DNA of 64,000 bases from Gemmatimonadaceae bacterium (GTDB lineage Bacteria > Gemmatimonadota > Gemmatimonadetes > Gemmatimonadales > Gemmatimonadaceae). The notes under the pieces are model-generated. The model saw nothing but the letters and a program-made list of their open reading frames with translations. It was not told where the DNA came from and did no database searches. This document shows, piece by piece, positions 1-9,277 of this stretch; position 1 is the first letter of the stretch; every line of letters begins with the position of its first letter. The DNA lies in contig JBJMOW010000004.1 in NCBI GenBank assembly GCA_045803545.1, positions 320,001 to 384,000 on the forward strand. The letters are read 5' to 3'. The translations under genes and the position numbers were made by a program.

Positions 1-1129
1 CGGCGAGCTGAGCGAGCGAAACTACTTCCGCAGCGATCTCTTCTTCGGGCTTTTTCGTCCGCTTCGCGATGTGCTCGACGATGTGCCGATAGTGGTCTCG
101 CGTTCCGAACGTCATGGACGCGTAATGGCCACTCGGGTCCCGCCGCAGCAGGTTTTCCGTTGCGCTCTGCGATTCGACGAAATCCTTCCAGTCGAGCCGC
201 GAGATCGTGCGCAAGCTGGTGATGCTGTTGGCGACAGTTACCTGGGTCAGCGCAACCCGGCGATTTGACCTCGTCGCCGCTTCTTCAGCGCTCGGTCCAT
301 CCTCGGCGATCCACTGCTCGAGCCAGATGAGCGGAGTGAAATTCGTCTGATAGGAACGGACTTGCTGTAAAAAGCGCGCAACCCAGGTCGGTGTGAACTG
401 AGGATGATCGTCGACGAATGCTGCTAGCGCTTTTGCCAGCGCTTGCTGCGATTGCTCACTTGCTTCTCGAAGCGTCGTCGCGGCTGCGTCCGCTGATTCG
501 ACCTCTTTGAGCCTTGCCGCAACTCGCAGCGCCATCCGGCGGATGTTCTCGACCAACCCGAGCCGCAGCATCGTCGGAATCGCCCACAGCTCGCCCATCC
601 GCAGCGGCATGACTGTCTGATACTCGCGCACGAACAGCGTGATGTTGTCGAGGTCGAGGTGACCTTCGGTGTGCGCGATAAGCTCGATCGCTACTTCGTA
701 GGCGCGGGGGTACCCGGCAAGCGATCCCGTCGCGAGCTTGGGCAGCTCCTCATAGTAGCCTTTCGGGAGGCTCGTCCTGATCTCGCGAATGTGCTCCTGG
801 ACGATGTAGAAATTGTCCAGCAGCCAGTCGCCGGCTGGACTGATGTCGAGGCCGCGTTCAGCGCCGTTATTCAGTTCGTGATAGACGCGATCGAGTACCT
901 GTTTGGTATCCTCGAGACGAAGAAGCAGCGGACCTGAGCCTCGCTGCTTGCGTGCTGGCAGCAGATGGTGTCCGCGCGCGACTGCTCGTGCGCGCTCACC
1001 TAATCGCTCGAGACCGAGTACTTCGCCGCGAATGGGGCCGACTAATTCCTCACCGGCACCGTTTTTCGAACGGCGAAAAATTCGACTCAGGAATGTTGGT
1101 GGAGCGTTGGGCGGGATTGCTGTTGCCAC
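1..1129 (-). CDS. Cyclic beta-1,2-glucan synthase (NdvB/ChvB/Cgs-like), N-terminal part; runs off the window start
   Basis: Not in the ORF track (no stop inside the window). Manual translation from GTG at 1129 gives MATAIPP...PIRGEVLGLERL...SPAGDWLLDNFYIVQEHIREIRTSLPKGYYEELPKL...GYPRAY...GELWAIPTMLRLGLVENIRR, typical of the NdvB N-terminus. Confidence 0.85.
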   Translation of the reverse strand, partial: MATAIPPNAPPTFLSRIFRRSKNGAGEELVGPIRGEVLGLERLGERARAVARGHHLLPARKQRGSGPLLLRLEDTKQVLDRVYHELNNGAERGLDISPAGDWLLDNFYIVQEHIREIRTSLPKGYYEELPKLATGSLAGYPRAYEVAIELIAHTEGHLDLDNITLFVREYQTVMPLRMGELWAIPTMLRLGLVENIRRMALRVAARLKEVESADAAATTLREASEQSQQALAKALAAFVDDHPQFTPTWVARFLQQVRSYQTNFTPLIWLEQWIAEDGPSAEEAATRSNRRVALTQVTVANSITSLRTISRLDWKDFVESQSATENLLRRDPSGHYASMTFGTRDHYRHIVEHIAKRTKKPEEEIAAEVVSLAQLA

Positions 1130-1185
1130 GTCACGTACTCACGCCAAAGATGTGCCGCGCACACCCGCAAAATATCCTGGTTCTT

Positions 1186-1464
1186 CTACTCGGCGTAATA
1201 CGCCTTGATGCAAGCCGTCACCAGCTCCTGGCGAATCCGCTCGTATTGATCTGCGGTATGCGGCCGCATCGATTCCGCGAGCGAGTTCCACAGCCGCTTG
1301 AAAGTAACGAGCAGCTCCTCGGGGCGAATGTTTTTCTCTCGTGCTTCACGCGCGACTCGGGTGAGCAGAGAATGGAGTTCAGGCGCGACTTGGTCGGGCT
1401 TTCGTAGTTGTTCCGTAAGCGCCGACTGCAACTCCTTCATCAGACTTTCCGAAAGTGAGCTCAA
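1186..1464 (-). CDS. Small helical hypothetical protein
   Basis: 92-aa ORF with protein-like amphipathic composition, co-oriented upstream of the glucan synthase. Confidence 0.7.
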   Translation of the reverse strand: MSSLSESLMKELQSALTEQLRKPDQVAPELHSLLTRVAREAREKNIRPEELLVTFKRLWNSLAESMRPHTADQYERIRQELVTACIKAYYAE

Positions 1465-1628
1465 ACGGTCTTACGGGGAAAAGAGTGCCGTCACCGGTTA
1501 CCAGTGATTCCCCTGGCCGGTGGACATTTGTTCCCGAAAGAATATCAGGCGTCACCACAGCGCGCTAGCGGCCTTTCAGGTCCATAAGTTGCCGGCTCGA
1601 CACGCTCCGAATCCTTGCGGCTGGGCTT

Positions 1629-1964
1629 TTGAGTAATGTGTTGATTCTCGCGCGCGAAGAAGTGGTCGCGGCGTTGCTGGGTTTGATGGTCGAGCTTCGT
1701 GGAATGGAACCGCGTTTCCTGGCGGAAGGGGAATCCGTCGTCGACGCGCTCGATCGTGACCGGATCCCCGTTCTGATCGATTGCGATCACGCTGACTGTA
1801 CAGCGGAAACGATCGAGCTGGTCAGGAAACGCGGTGGCGAGCCCATTTTGTTCAGTCCTTTCCGGATGCAGACCGAAGTAACCAGGCTCGCTTCCCGCTA
1901 TCGCACCAGGTCTTTTACTCTGCCAACCGACCCCGATACTTTCGGCCAGCTCCTTAAGTCCTAG
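1629..1964 (+). CDS. Atypical stand-alone receiver (CheY-like) domain protein
   Basis: NVLILA...VLIDCD...PILFS beta/alpha pattern of REC domains; acidic pocket and Lys degenerate. Confidence 0.55.
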   Translation: MSNVLILAREEVVAALLGLMVELRGMEPRFLAEGESVVDALDRDRIPVLIDCDHADCTAETIELVRKRGGEPILFSPFRMQTEVTRLASRYRTRSFTLPTDPDTFGQLLKS

Positions 1965-2119
1965 TCGCTGGCCTTTTTTCCCGGCTTGGCCGTTGGAGAG
2001 GCTTGTTTCTCGCTTTTCTTCAAATGCTGCTTGTCGAGCTCGTGGATGTGCTCGTCATCAACGCGATTCTTTTGATCGGTAGTGATCGCGTCCTTTTGAT
2101 GCTGCCAGTTCGTTTTCAT
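1961..2119 (-). CDS. 52-aa small hydrophilic protein (not in ORF track)
   Basis: ATG at 2119 preceded by AGGAGG; MKTNWQHQKDAITTDQKNRVDDEHIHELDKQHLKKSEKQASPTAKPGKKASD-TAG. Confidence 0.6.
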   Translation of the reverse strand: MKTNWQHQKDAITTDQKNRVDDEHIHELDKQHLKKSEKQASPTAKPGKKASD

Positions 2120-2184
2120 TCCGCCTCCTGTTTGAGAACAAGAGGTACAGGTTCCATGCCGCGCGGAAGGTAGGAATCGGGGAA

Positions 2185-3048
2185 CTAGCGGATGCGGATT
2201 CCTCCCATCAGGCGAAACAACGTTGCATCAGATGGAACAGAGTAAACCTGTGCACCGACATCCAGGATATTGCGCAGGACCGCCGTTACCCCGCCAAACA
2301 CAGTAGCTCGCACCACCGGCTCGCTCAGGACGACTTCCGTGCGGTCGACATTCCCATTCGCATCCGTGAACCCGACCTGAAAATGTGGGTCAATGCGATT
2401 TGCACCTGCGCCCGCATACCACGAGAAGCCGCCGGCGCCAGGCGCGAACCCAACGGCCGCCTCAGCGCCAAACATGTCAGGATGGAACGTGTCCTTCGAC
2501 TGAGTCGTACCGTAGCACGGTGCCGTCGGATCTGATTGCTGAAGTGAGGACCGGGGACATGTGATCGGCCCCTTTACGTTGCCGAATGTTCCGTGAACCC
2601 GGAGCGACAACGTCATGCCCGATACCACGGGTCCCGCAACGAAATGATGCGACTGGGACACTGCAAAACTGAAAAGGTTTGGCGTCGCGCGCGCAATCGT
2701 GACGGGCGGCAGGTAGGCCGCTTCGAGCGCAAAACCGAACGGGCCACCAATGGTGATGCGGGGACGTCCGAAAACCGGCGACAGCGAAGTGTGCTCACTC
2801 TTCTGGGTGAAACACAGACCCGTTCTTTCGAGCGCCGGATCTGGCTTGGGTATATACTCGCCTTCCCCGCCTAGCCTGATGCTCAAAGACGGTAGGACTT
2901 CGGGAGCGGTTGCCATCGAAAAGGCGATTGGCGCGGTGTAAAAAGCGAGCAGCTTACCTTCATTGCTGCTACTCTCGACTCGACATTGCGCGACGCTCTT
3001 CGTCGCGACGAATGTGATCGCCGACAGTATCAGTAGACCTCGTCGCAT
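2185..3048 (-). CDS. Secreted hypothetical protein, probable outer-membrane beta-barrel
   Basis: Signal peptide (MRRGLLILSAITFVATKSVAQ), alternating beta-strand patterns, C-terminal GGIRIR; GAGGAG RBS. Confidence 0.6.
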   Translation of the reverse strand: MRRGLLILSAITFVATKSVAQCRVESSSNEGKLLAFYTAPIAFSMATAPEVLPSLSIRLGGEGEYIPKPDPALERTGLCFTQKSEHTSLSPVFGRPRITIGGPFGFALEAAYLPPVTIARATPNLFSFAVSQSHHFVAGPVVSGMTLSLRVHGTFGNVKGPITCPRSSLQQSDPTAPCYGTTQSKDTFHPDMFGAEAAVGFAPGAGGFSWYAGAGANRIDPHFQVGFTDANGNVDRTEVVLSEPVVRATVFGGVTAVLRNILDVGAQVYSVPSDATLFRLMGGIRIR

Positions 3049-3103
3049 CTATGATCTCCTCGGGAAAATCTTGGGTGCCTCGCCAAACGTAGGCTGGTAT
3101 GAC

Positions 3104-3149
3104 TGGCGCGGCGATTGATAATCGGCGAGCGTGAACTATCGCCGCGCCA
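3104..3149. repeat. Intergenic inverted repeat (12-bp stem, 22-nt loop)
   Basis: TGGCGCGGCGAT (3104-3115) / ATCGCCGCGCCA (3138-3149). Confidence 0.6.
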
Positions 3150-3176
3150 ACACATACGCCGCCAAGGTGAACGCGA

Positions 3177-4124
3177 TCATCGTATCATCATGCGTGACCG
3201 GGCTGATACGCCCATTACAGATCGAGAATAAGTTCGCTGCATGCATTCGGCGTAGAAACCAGGGTGTTCACGATAGGCGCTCCACGCCGGGTTGATCAGC
3301 TTCATCTCGCGATCGTACGCTGAAAAAACTTCCGTCTTCTCCTGACGCTGCAGCGTCGTCCGATTCGGAGCACGCATGGCGAGAGCATATCCGACGTAAT
3401 ATCGGCCCCGCCACCCATTCGCACTGAGCAGGTTCTCGATCAGCTTTCCCGCCATGCGATGATCGTAGTGATCGTGCGGATTGATCCTGATGCTCGGATC
3501 TGTGGTGTGGAGCATCACGCTCGAGCCAGCTGAATCAGCGACCATACGCACCAGCGTCGACACTGTTGCATTCAAGTCCTGCCAATCCGAGTACCGTGTG
3601 CTGCTATCGACGGCACTCGCTGAAGACCCTCGATCAGCGTGTAGTTTTCTCAGGCTTTCGAATCGGTTTCGAGCGAATCCTCGGCCGTTTCGATTGCCAT
3701 CCGGCAATCTGAAGAAATAGGAATCACTCACGCCGAGCTTGCAGTGAGCGATTCTGTGCTCTCTTACAACGACGGAATCACAACCTATGGCCGCATCGGC
3801 AATACCCAACGCAATCCGCGTTGACTGCATCGCCGCCAATTCGCGCTGTCGCCAGTAGGCTGTCTCGCGACCGTGATCCCCCGCCGTCATGTAGATAAAG
3901 ATCAGTCGCCTTCCGGATTTTATTCGTTCGACGATCACGTCGCCCATGAAAACCTGCCAGTCGTCGGCATGTGCAACCACAACGACATCGACGCCTGTTG
4001 AATTCGATTGCTGTCTAACATCCGCCGCTCCCCCAGCGGGCACGACAGTGGCCCCAGCGAGAAATGTCGTGAGCCACATCGTGCAAGCTAGTGGCGAAGA
4101 GTTACGCCTACGAGCGGCGGGCAT
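3177..4124 (-). CDS. PIG-L/LmbE family N-deacetylase
   Basis: VVAHADD metal motif, TAGD, RQRE, LPDG and HDHYDH motifs; start uncertain. Confidence 0.85.
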   Translation of the reverse strand: MPAARRRNSSPLACTMWLTTFLAGATVVPAGGAADVRQQSNSTGVDVVVVAHADDWQVFMGDVIVERIKSGRRLIFIYMTAGDHGRETAYWRQRELAAMQSTRIALGIADAAIGCDSVVVREHRIAHCKLGVSDSYFFRLPDGNRNGRGFARNRFESLRKLHADRGSSASAVDSSTRYSDWQDLNATVSTLVRMVADSAGSSVMLHTTDPSIRINPHDHYDHRMAGKLIENLLSANGWRGRYYVGYALAMRAPNRTTLQRQEKTEVFSAYDREMKLINPAWSAYREHPGFYAECMQRTYSRSVMGVSARSRMMIR

Positions 4125-4136
4125 GGGAGAAAAATA

Positions 4137-4170
4137 AAAGCGGGCTCGTTATCGGGCCCGCTCTTTCTTT
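4137..4170. terminator. Probable intrinsic terminator downstream of yceI-like gene
   Basis: GC-rich hairpin AGCGGGCTCG-TTAT-CGGGCCCGCT flanked by A and T tracts. Confidence 0.65.
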
Positions 4171-4184
4171 AGGTAGATATTTAC

Positions 4185-4745
4185 TTAACTGCCCTGTCTC
4201 ACTGCTTCGAGCTCGAGCTGGATCTTGATATCGTTGCCAACGGTGAGACCGCCAGTTTCCAATACCATGTTCCACGTCAGCCCGTAGGTCCGTCTATCGA
4301 GCTTTCCGGTTGCGCTGAACCCGACGCGCTCTCCACCCCAGGGATCCTTTGTCCGCCCTTCGTACGTCACGTCCAATGTGATCGGCTGCGTTATGTCGCG
4401 AATGGTCAGGTCGCCAGTAAGCTTGAAGTTCTGCTCGTCACCCTGAATCTCCGTGCTCTTGAACTTGATCACCGGAAACTTTTCCACATCGAGGAAATCT
4501 CCGGACCGCAGGTGCTGATCGCGCTGCTCGATGCGAGTATCCAGCGTTTTCGCGTCAAGAGTAACCTCAACGGCCGAATTCGATGGCTCGTTCTCGTCTA
4601 GAACGATCGCACCTTCGACTCCCGCAATCCGCCCCTTGACGGTCGAAATCATTAAGTGCTTTGCGGAAAACTCCACCAGCGTGTGCGCCGGATCCAGCTT
4701 CCATACTGTCTTTGCCCCGGTCGGAGCAGTCTGAACTGTTGTCAT
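4185..4745 (-). CDS. YceI family polyisoprenoid-binding protein
   Basis: WKLDPAHTLVEFSAKHLMISTVKG...RDQHLRSGDFLDVEKFP...DPWG motifs. Confidence 0.92.
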   Translation of the reverse strand: MTTVQTAPTGAKTVWKLDPAHTLVEFSAKHLMISTVKGRIAGVEGAIVLDENEPSNSAVEVTLDAKTLDTRIEQRDQHLRSGDFLDVEKFPVIKFKSTEIQGDEQNFKLTGDLTIRDITQPITLDVTYEGRTKDPWGGERVGFSATGKLDRRTYGLTWNMVLETGGLTVGNDIKIQLELEAVRQGS

Positions 4746-4800
4746 ACTTATCCCCTTTCCTGTGTCCCCAGTTGAGCCAGGGTATTATTCTCCGACCCTT

Positions 4801-4840
4801 GGCTTATTAATAGTAGGTTAGTATATTTTAGTAAGCTCCT
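4801..4840. promoter_or_regulatory. AT-rich divergent promoter / candidate HxlR-family operator
   Basis: Three TAGTA copies (4811, 4819, 4829) between divergent yceI-like and hxlR-like genes. Confidence 0.4.
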
Positions 4841-4873
4841 TGTGTCAAGGGGCCGAAATTATAACTTCGGATT

Positions 4874-5290
4874 ATGGCAGAAAATTCCCAACCAGCGGTT
4901 CAGCACGTCTGCGCACGCTTCCATCGCGCTATCGAGCTCATCGGTAGTCGGTGGACAGGAGCTATTTTGCGCACCCTTCTCGAGGGCCGGACCCGCTATG
5001 CATCGATCAAGGCTGCCATCCCGGACATCACCGACCGCATGCTGTCGGAGCGACTTCGGTCACTAGAGGCTGAAGACCTCGTCCTACGGTCAGTCGTTCC
5101 CGAAACTCCGGTCAGGGTCGAGTACGAGCTGACAAAAAAAGGCCGAGAGCTCCAGGACGCACTGCGAGAGATCGGCAATTGGGCGGAGCGTTGGATTCCT
5201 CTCGAAGATGTGGCACCGTCTCATTCGACCGAGCCGCCCTCCAAAGCATCCCGAGGCCACCGGCGCGCAAGAACCGCCAGCAATAACTGA
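4874..5290 (+). CDS. HxlR family winged-helix transcriptional regulator
   Basis: CARFHRAIELIGSRWTGAIL...ITDRMLSERLRSLE...PVRVEYELT; N-terminal Cys. Confidence 0.92.
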   Translation: MAENSQPAVQHVCARFHRAIELIGSRWTGAILRTLLEGRTRYASIKAAIPDITDRMLSERLRSLEAEDLVLRSVVPETPVRVEYELTKKGRELQDALREIGNWAERWIPLEDVAPSHSTEPPSKASRGHRRARTASNN

Positions 5291-5342
5291 ACACGGGACG
5301 CTGAATTAATTTCAGCGTCTCTTTTTTTTCTTCACTCCCACC

Positions 5343-7619
5343 ATGAAGAACGCTTCAAGTCGGAGAAAACTGATGCGCGCATCGCTCGTCGCTGTTATCG
5401 CTTCCGCAGTTGGTCTCGCTTTTACTCCCGCTCCCGCGGACACACCACTGCGCGGTTTCTTCGCGCAATCGACGCAGGCTGAGCGTGATCTGGAGGCGCG
5501 CTTCAAGTCAATGCCGGACGCCGCGCGTATGCGCGCCGCGATGCAACGTCTCAGCGCTCGACCGCACCATGTCGGTTCACTGTACGACAAGGATAACGCG
5601 GAATGGATTCTCAACGAGTTCAAGTCTTATGGCTGGGATGCGCACATCGAGAACTTTGATGTTCTTTTCCCAACGCCGGTTGAAAGGGTCGTCGAGCTCG
5701 TCGCTCCGACTCAATTCAAGGCATCACTGCAGGAAACTGCGCTACCATCCGACCCGACGTCGAATCAGCAGGCCGAACAGCTCCCTTCTTACAATGCTTA
5801 CTCTATAGACGGCGACGTCACTGGGCCGCTCGTCTTCGTCAATTACGGTATACCTGCTGACTACGAAGAGCTTGAACAGCGTGGCATCTCCGTCAAAGGC
5901 GCGATAGTCATCGCCAAATACGGTGGATCGTGGCGAGGCATCAAACCAAAAGTCGCCGCCGAGCATGGCGCAATCGGTTGCCTGATCTACTCGGATCCAC
6001 GCGACGATGGGTTCGCCGGCGGCGATGTATTTCCGAATGGGCCAATGCGACCCGCACAGGGAGTCCAGCGTGGATCGGTTGCCGATATGCCGACTTACCC
6101 GGGCGATCCGCTCACACCAGGTGTTGGCGCAGTTAAATCGGCGAAGCGCTTGAGCGTCGCAGAAGCTCCGACGATCACCAAGATTCCAGTCCTGCCAATC
6201 TCGTACGGCGACGCACAGCCGTTGCTCGCCGCACTCGCCGGCCCACTCGCGCCAGCTGCGTGGCGCGGCGGACTACCCATTACCTACCGACTAGGTGCTG
6301 GACCGGCCCGCGTACATCTACGCGTCAAATCGGATTGGAGTCTCAAAACTCTTTACGACGTCATCGCCAAACTTCCGGGAACGACCGAGGCGGATCAATG
6401 GGTCATCCGCGGAAATCACCATGATGCCTGGGTAAACGGCGCACAGGATCCGATTTCCGGATTGGTCGCCGAGCTGGAAGAGGCACGCGCGCTTGGCGCC
6501 CTCTACAAGCAAGGTTGGCATCCGAAGCGCACAATCATTTACGCCGCCTGGGATGGCGAGGAGCCGGGACTACTTGGATCGACAGAATGGGTCGAAGCCC
6601 ACGCCGACGAGCTCAAGTCACATGCGGTTGCGTATCTGAATAGCGACACCAACAGCCGCGGTTACCTGGGGATCGAAGGATCGCACTCGCTCGAGACGTT
6701 CATGAACGGCGTCGCGATGGACGTTGAGGATCCAGAATCAGGAGTCAGCTCGTGGAAGCGCATTCAGGCGCGTCAAATTGTCGATGGCTCGCCCGAAGCC
6801 AGAAAGGATGCACGCGAACGCGAGGACCTTCGCATCGGCGCGCTTGGTTCCGGATCCGATTACTCACCGTTCCTTGACCACCTTGGCGTGGCATCGCTGA
6901 ATATCGGCTACGGCGGTGAGGATGACGGCGGAATCTACCATTCCATTTACGACGACTTCTACTGGTTCACGCACTTCAGTGACTCTGCCTTTGTCTACGA
7001 GAAGGCGCTTGCCCAGGTTGGCGGAATCAGCGTGCTTCGTCTCGCCAACGCCGATCTGTTGCCGTTCGGCTTCAATAATCTCGCAGAAACGATCCAAACC
7101 TACGTTAAGGATCTACAATCACTGCGTGATCGGCGTGCCGAGCAGATCACCGACCGCAATCGCGCGATCGATGAAGGGGTTTACAAGTTCACCAGTGATC
7201 CACGCGACCCTACGAGCGCACCACAGCGACAGCAGGCGGCACCCCAACTCAATTTTGCTCCATTGCTGAACTCGCTTGATTCACTCAAGAGCGCTGCATC
7301 ACGCTATGAAAAAGCGTACATCAGCGCCGTTGGCTCTGGTCGTTCGTCCGTGGCGAAAGCTGCCAACGAGAGACTGGTCCAGGCAGAACGAGCTCTGACC
7401 TCAACGGAAGGTCTGAAGAACAGACCATGGTACGCTCACATGCTTTACGCGCCTGGCTTCTACACCGGCTACGGTGTGAAAACAATTCCCGGTGTGCGCG
7501 AAGCGATCGAGCAGGGACAATGGCAAGATGCAGATCGTGAGATCGCCCGTGCTGCCGCCGCCATTACGAGGGAAGCCACTCTCATCAGCGGCATTGCTTC
7601 GACACTGGGCGGCGCATAA
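5343..7619 (+). CDS. M28 family peptidase (glutamate carboxypeptidase II / transferrin-receptor-like; PA and dimerisation domains)
   Basis: GNHHDAW, GAQDP, WDGEEPGLLGS, GSGSDY, YHSIYD motifs; signal peptide. Confidence 0.93.
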   Translation: MKNASSRRKLMRASLVAVIASAVGLAFTPAPADTPLRGFFAQSTQAERDLEARFKSMPDAARMRAAMQRLSARPHHVGSLYDKDNAEWILNEFKSYGWDAHIENFDVLFPTPVERVVELVAPTQFKASLQETALPSDPTSNQQAEQLPSYNAYSIDGDVTGPLVFVNYGIPADYEELEQRGISVKGAIVIAKYGGSWRGIKPKVAAEHGAIGCLIYSDPRDDGFAGGDVFPNGPMRPAQGVQRGSVADMPTYPGDPLTPGVGAVKSAKRLSVAEAPTITKIPVLPISYGDAQPLLAALAGPLAPAAWRGGLPITYRLGAGPARVHLRVKSDWSLKTLYDVIAKLPGTTEADQWVIRGNHHDAWVNGAQDPISGLVAELEEARALGALYKQGWHPKRTIIYAAWDGEEPGLLGSTEWVEAHADELKSHAVAYLNSDTNSRGYLGIEGSHSLETFMNGVAMDVEDPESGVSSWKRIQARQIVDGSPEARKDAREREDLRIGALGSGSDYSPFLDHLGVASLNIGYGGEDDGGIYHSIYDDFYWFTHFSDSAFVYEKALAQVGGISVLRLANADLLPFGFNNLAETIQTYVKDLQSLRDRRAEQITDRNRAIDEGVYKFTSDPRDPTSAPQRQQAAPQLNFAPLLNSLDSLKSAASRYEKAYISAVGSGRSSVAKAANERLVQAERALTSTEGLKNRPWYAHMLYAPGFYTGYGVKTIPGVREAIEQGQWQDADREIARAAAAITREATLISGIASTLGGA

Positions 7620-7650
7620 CCCGTAATCAGTTTGCCCTGCTTTGGTTGAC

Positions 7651-7685
7651 AAAAAAAACGGCGGCCGCAATTGGCCGCCGTTTTG
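7651..7685. terminator. Bidirectional intrinsic terminator
   Basis: AAAACGGCGGCC-GCAATT-GGCCGCCGTTTT hairpin between convergent peptidase and tRNA; T8 tail on minus strand. Confidence 0.85.
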
Positions 7686-7702
7686 TCATCTGCATTTTCA
7701 CA

Positions 7703-7775
<73 letters not shown>

Positions 7776-7829
7776 CAACCACCGGACTTGATGTCCGGAC
7801 CAGCAATTAAAACGTCTGGGTGATGGTAA

Positions 7830-8228
7830 TCAACCGGGAGTGTGGCCGTGCGTGGCAGTAATCACTGACTTGATTCCACCGCGAACGTTGAAGTCTCCTA
7901 TTACTCGTATCCACTTCGGTGCGGCACTCGCTACCAGGTCATCCAGAATTCGATTGACGGCGCGCTCATAGAAGATCCCGTCATTGCGAAAGCTCCAGAG
8001 ATACAACTTGAGGCTTTTCAGCTCGAGGCACTTTTTTGCTGGAGCGTACGTGATCCGAATTGTGCCGAAATCCGGGGCACCGCCTTTGAGGAGTGCTAAC
8101 TCCTCGGCATCGCTCTCGATTCCACCGACTGGGCACAGCGAGGTGAACTCCGAGCAATCCATGTGGATCTCGTAGTCGCGGTCAGCATAGGGATTTTCGA
8201 AGGTCTCCAGCAATTCGGGTCGGGGCAT
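7830..8228 (-). CDS. queF: NADPH-dependent 7-cyano-7-deazaguanine reductase (unimodular QueF) with loop insertion
   Basis: EFTSLCP...PDFG, ELKSLKLY QueF motif, FNVRGGI; start moved to ATG 8228. Confidence 0.85.
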   Translation of the reverse strand: MPRPELLETFENPYADRDYEIHMDCSEFTSLCPVGGIESDAEELALLKGGAPDFGTIRITYAPAKKCLELKSLKLYLWSFRNDGIFYERAVNRILDDLVASAAPKWIRVIGDFNVRGGIKSVITATHGHTPG

Positions 8229-8307
8229 TCCCGAACGATGCACGAATGCAGATGTTGTCTGCAATCCTCAATTAATCCGCGATGCTGATCGCGGCTGATC
8301 TGGTGCC

Positions 8308-9210
8308 TCAGTCTTCCTGACGAAGCTTACGGGACATTTCCTCGAGTAAACGCCGCTCATCACGCGTCAGGCTCTCGATCCCGAACTGGGAGATCTTGTC
8401 CAGCACGCGATTGACCTTGGCAGCGTACTCTTTAGGCGAGTCCTGTTTCGGCACGTGCTGAATCGGCTTACTCTCACGCAGGACGACTGCATTACTGCGC
8501 TCGATCACCTCGTCAACACCTCCTGCGCGATCGCGCATCGGCGATCGATTGCGAGGCACCGCTCTCGGCATGTCCTCGGTATCGTCCGGTACTGCGGAAA
8601 CCCAGCCGCGCACGCGGTTGATGCCGCCGACTGAATACAACTTTAGGAAGATCCACCCGAAAGCCATTCCACCGACATGCGCCGTCCAGTCAATGCGCGA
8701 GCTGGGCGACAGCGCGAAGATGATGTTCATCGCCAGGAGCGCCACTACCAGCCAGCGCGAACGCATTGGAATTACGCCGAACAGATAGACTTCTTCGTCC
8801 GGCCACCGCAGTGCGTAGGCGACGAGTACTCCGCTGATCGCGCCCGATGCGCCGATGACGGCCGTATGCGGCGCGAAGATCAGGTGCGCAACCGCGCCAC
8901 CGATTCCCGAGCAGAGATAGAACCAGACAAACGTGCGCGTGCCCCATTCGTGCTCCAGTCGCGGCCCGAACATCCATAGCGTGAACATGTTGAACGCCAG
9001 GTGCGCGAGCCACGCGTGGACGAACATGTACGAAAGGACCGTCCACCAGTCGGCGGGAAAGCGGGCAGGGTCGAGGGCAAGCGCGGAATAAATCGCATCT
9101 GATCCAAACAGCGTCAGCTGCAGGAAATAAACGCCGATGTTCAGGGCAAGAAGCCACTGAACGGCGCGTGTTACACGCGGTGAATCGGAAGTATCGTACA
9201 GCTCGCTCAT
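8308..9210 (-). CDS. Rhomboid family intramembrane serine protease
   Basis: HLAFNMFTLW, GASG, AHVGG motifs; C-terminal VNRVLDKIS...SLT domain. Confidence 0.93.
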   Translation of the reverse strand: MSELYDTSDSPRVTRAVQWLLALNIGVYFLQLTLFGSDAIYSALALDPARFPADWWTVLSYMFVHAWLAHLAFNMFTLWMFGPRLEHEWGTRTFVWFYLCSGIGGAVAHLIFAPHTAVIGASGAISGVLVAYALRWPDEEVYLFGVIPMRSRWLVVALLAMNIIFALSPSSRIDWTAHVGGMAFGWIFLKLYSVGGINRVRGWVSAVPDDTEDMPRAVPRNRSPMRDRAGGVDEVIERSNAVVLRESKPIQHVPKQDSPKEYAAKVNRVLDKISQFGIESLTRDERRLLEEMSRKLRQED

Positions 9211-9277
9211 CCCACCCTGCGCAAAAGACTACTACAGTGTTTGAACCCAGCGGACCGTATTGGGTTCCTTCGCGAAT

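Noticed and set aside
71..1407. Plus-strand ORFs at the window start
   Set aside because: Antisense shadows of the glucan synthase and the 92-aa gene.
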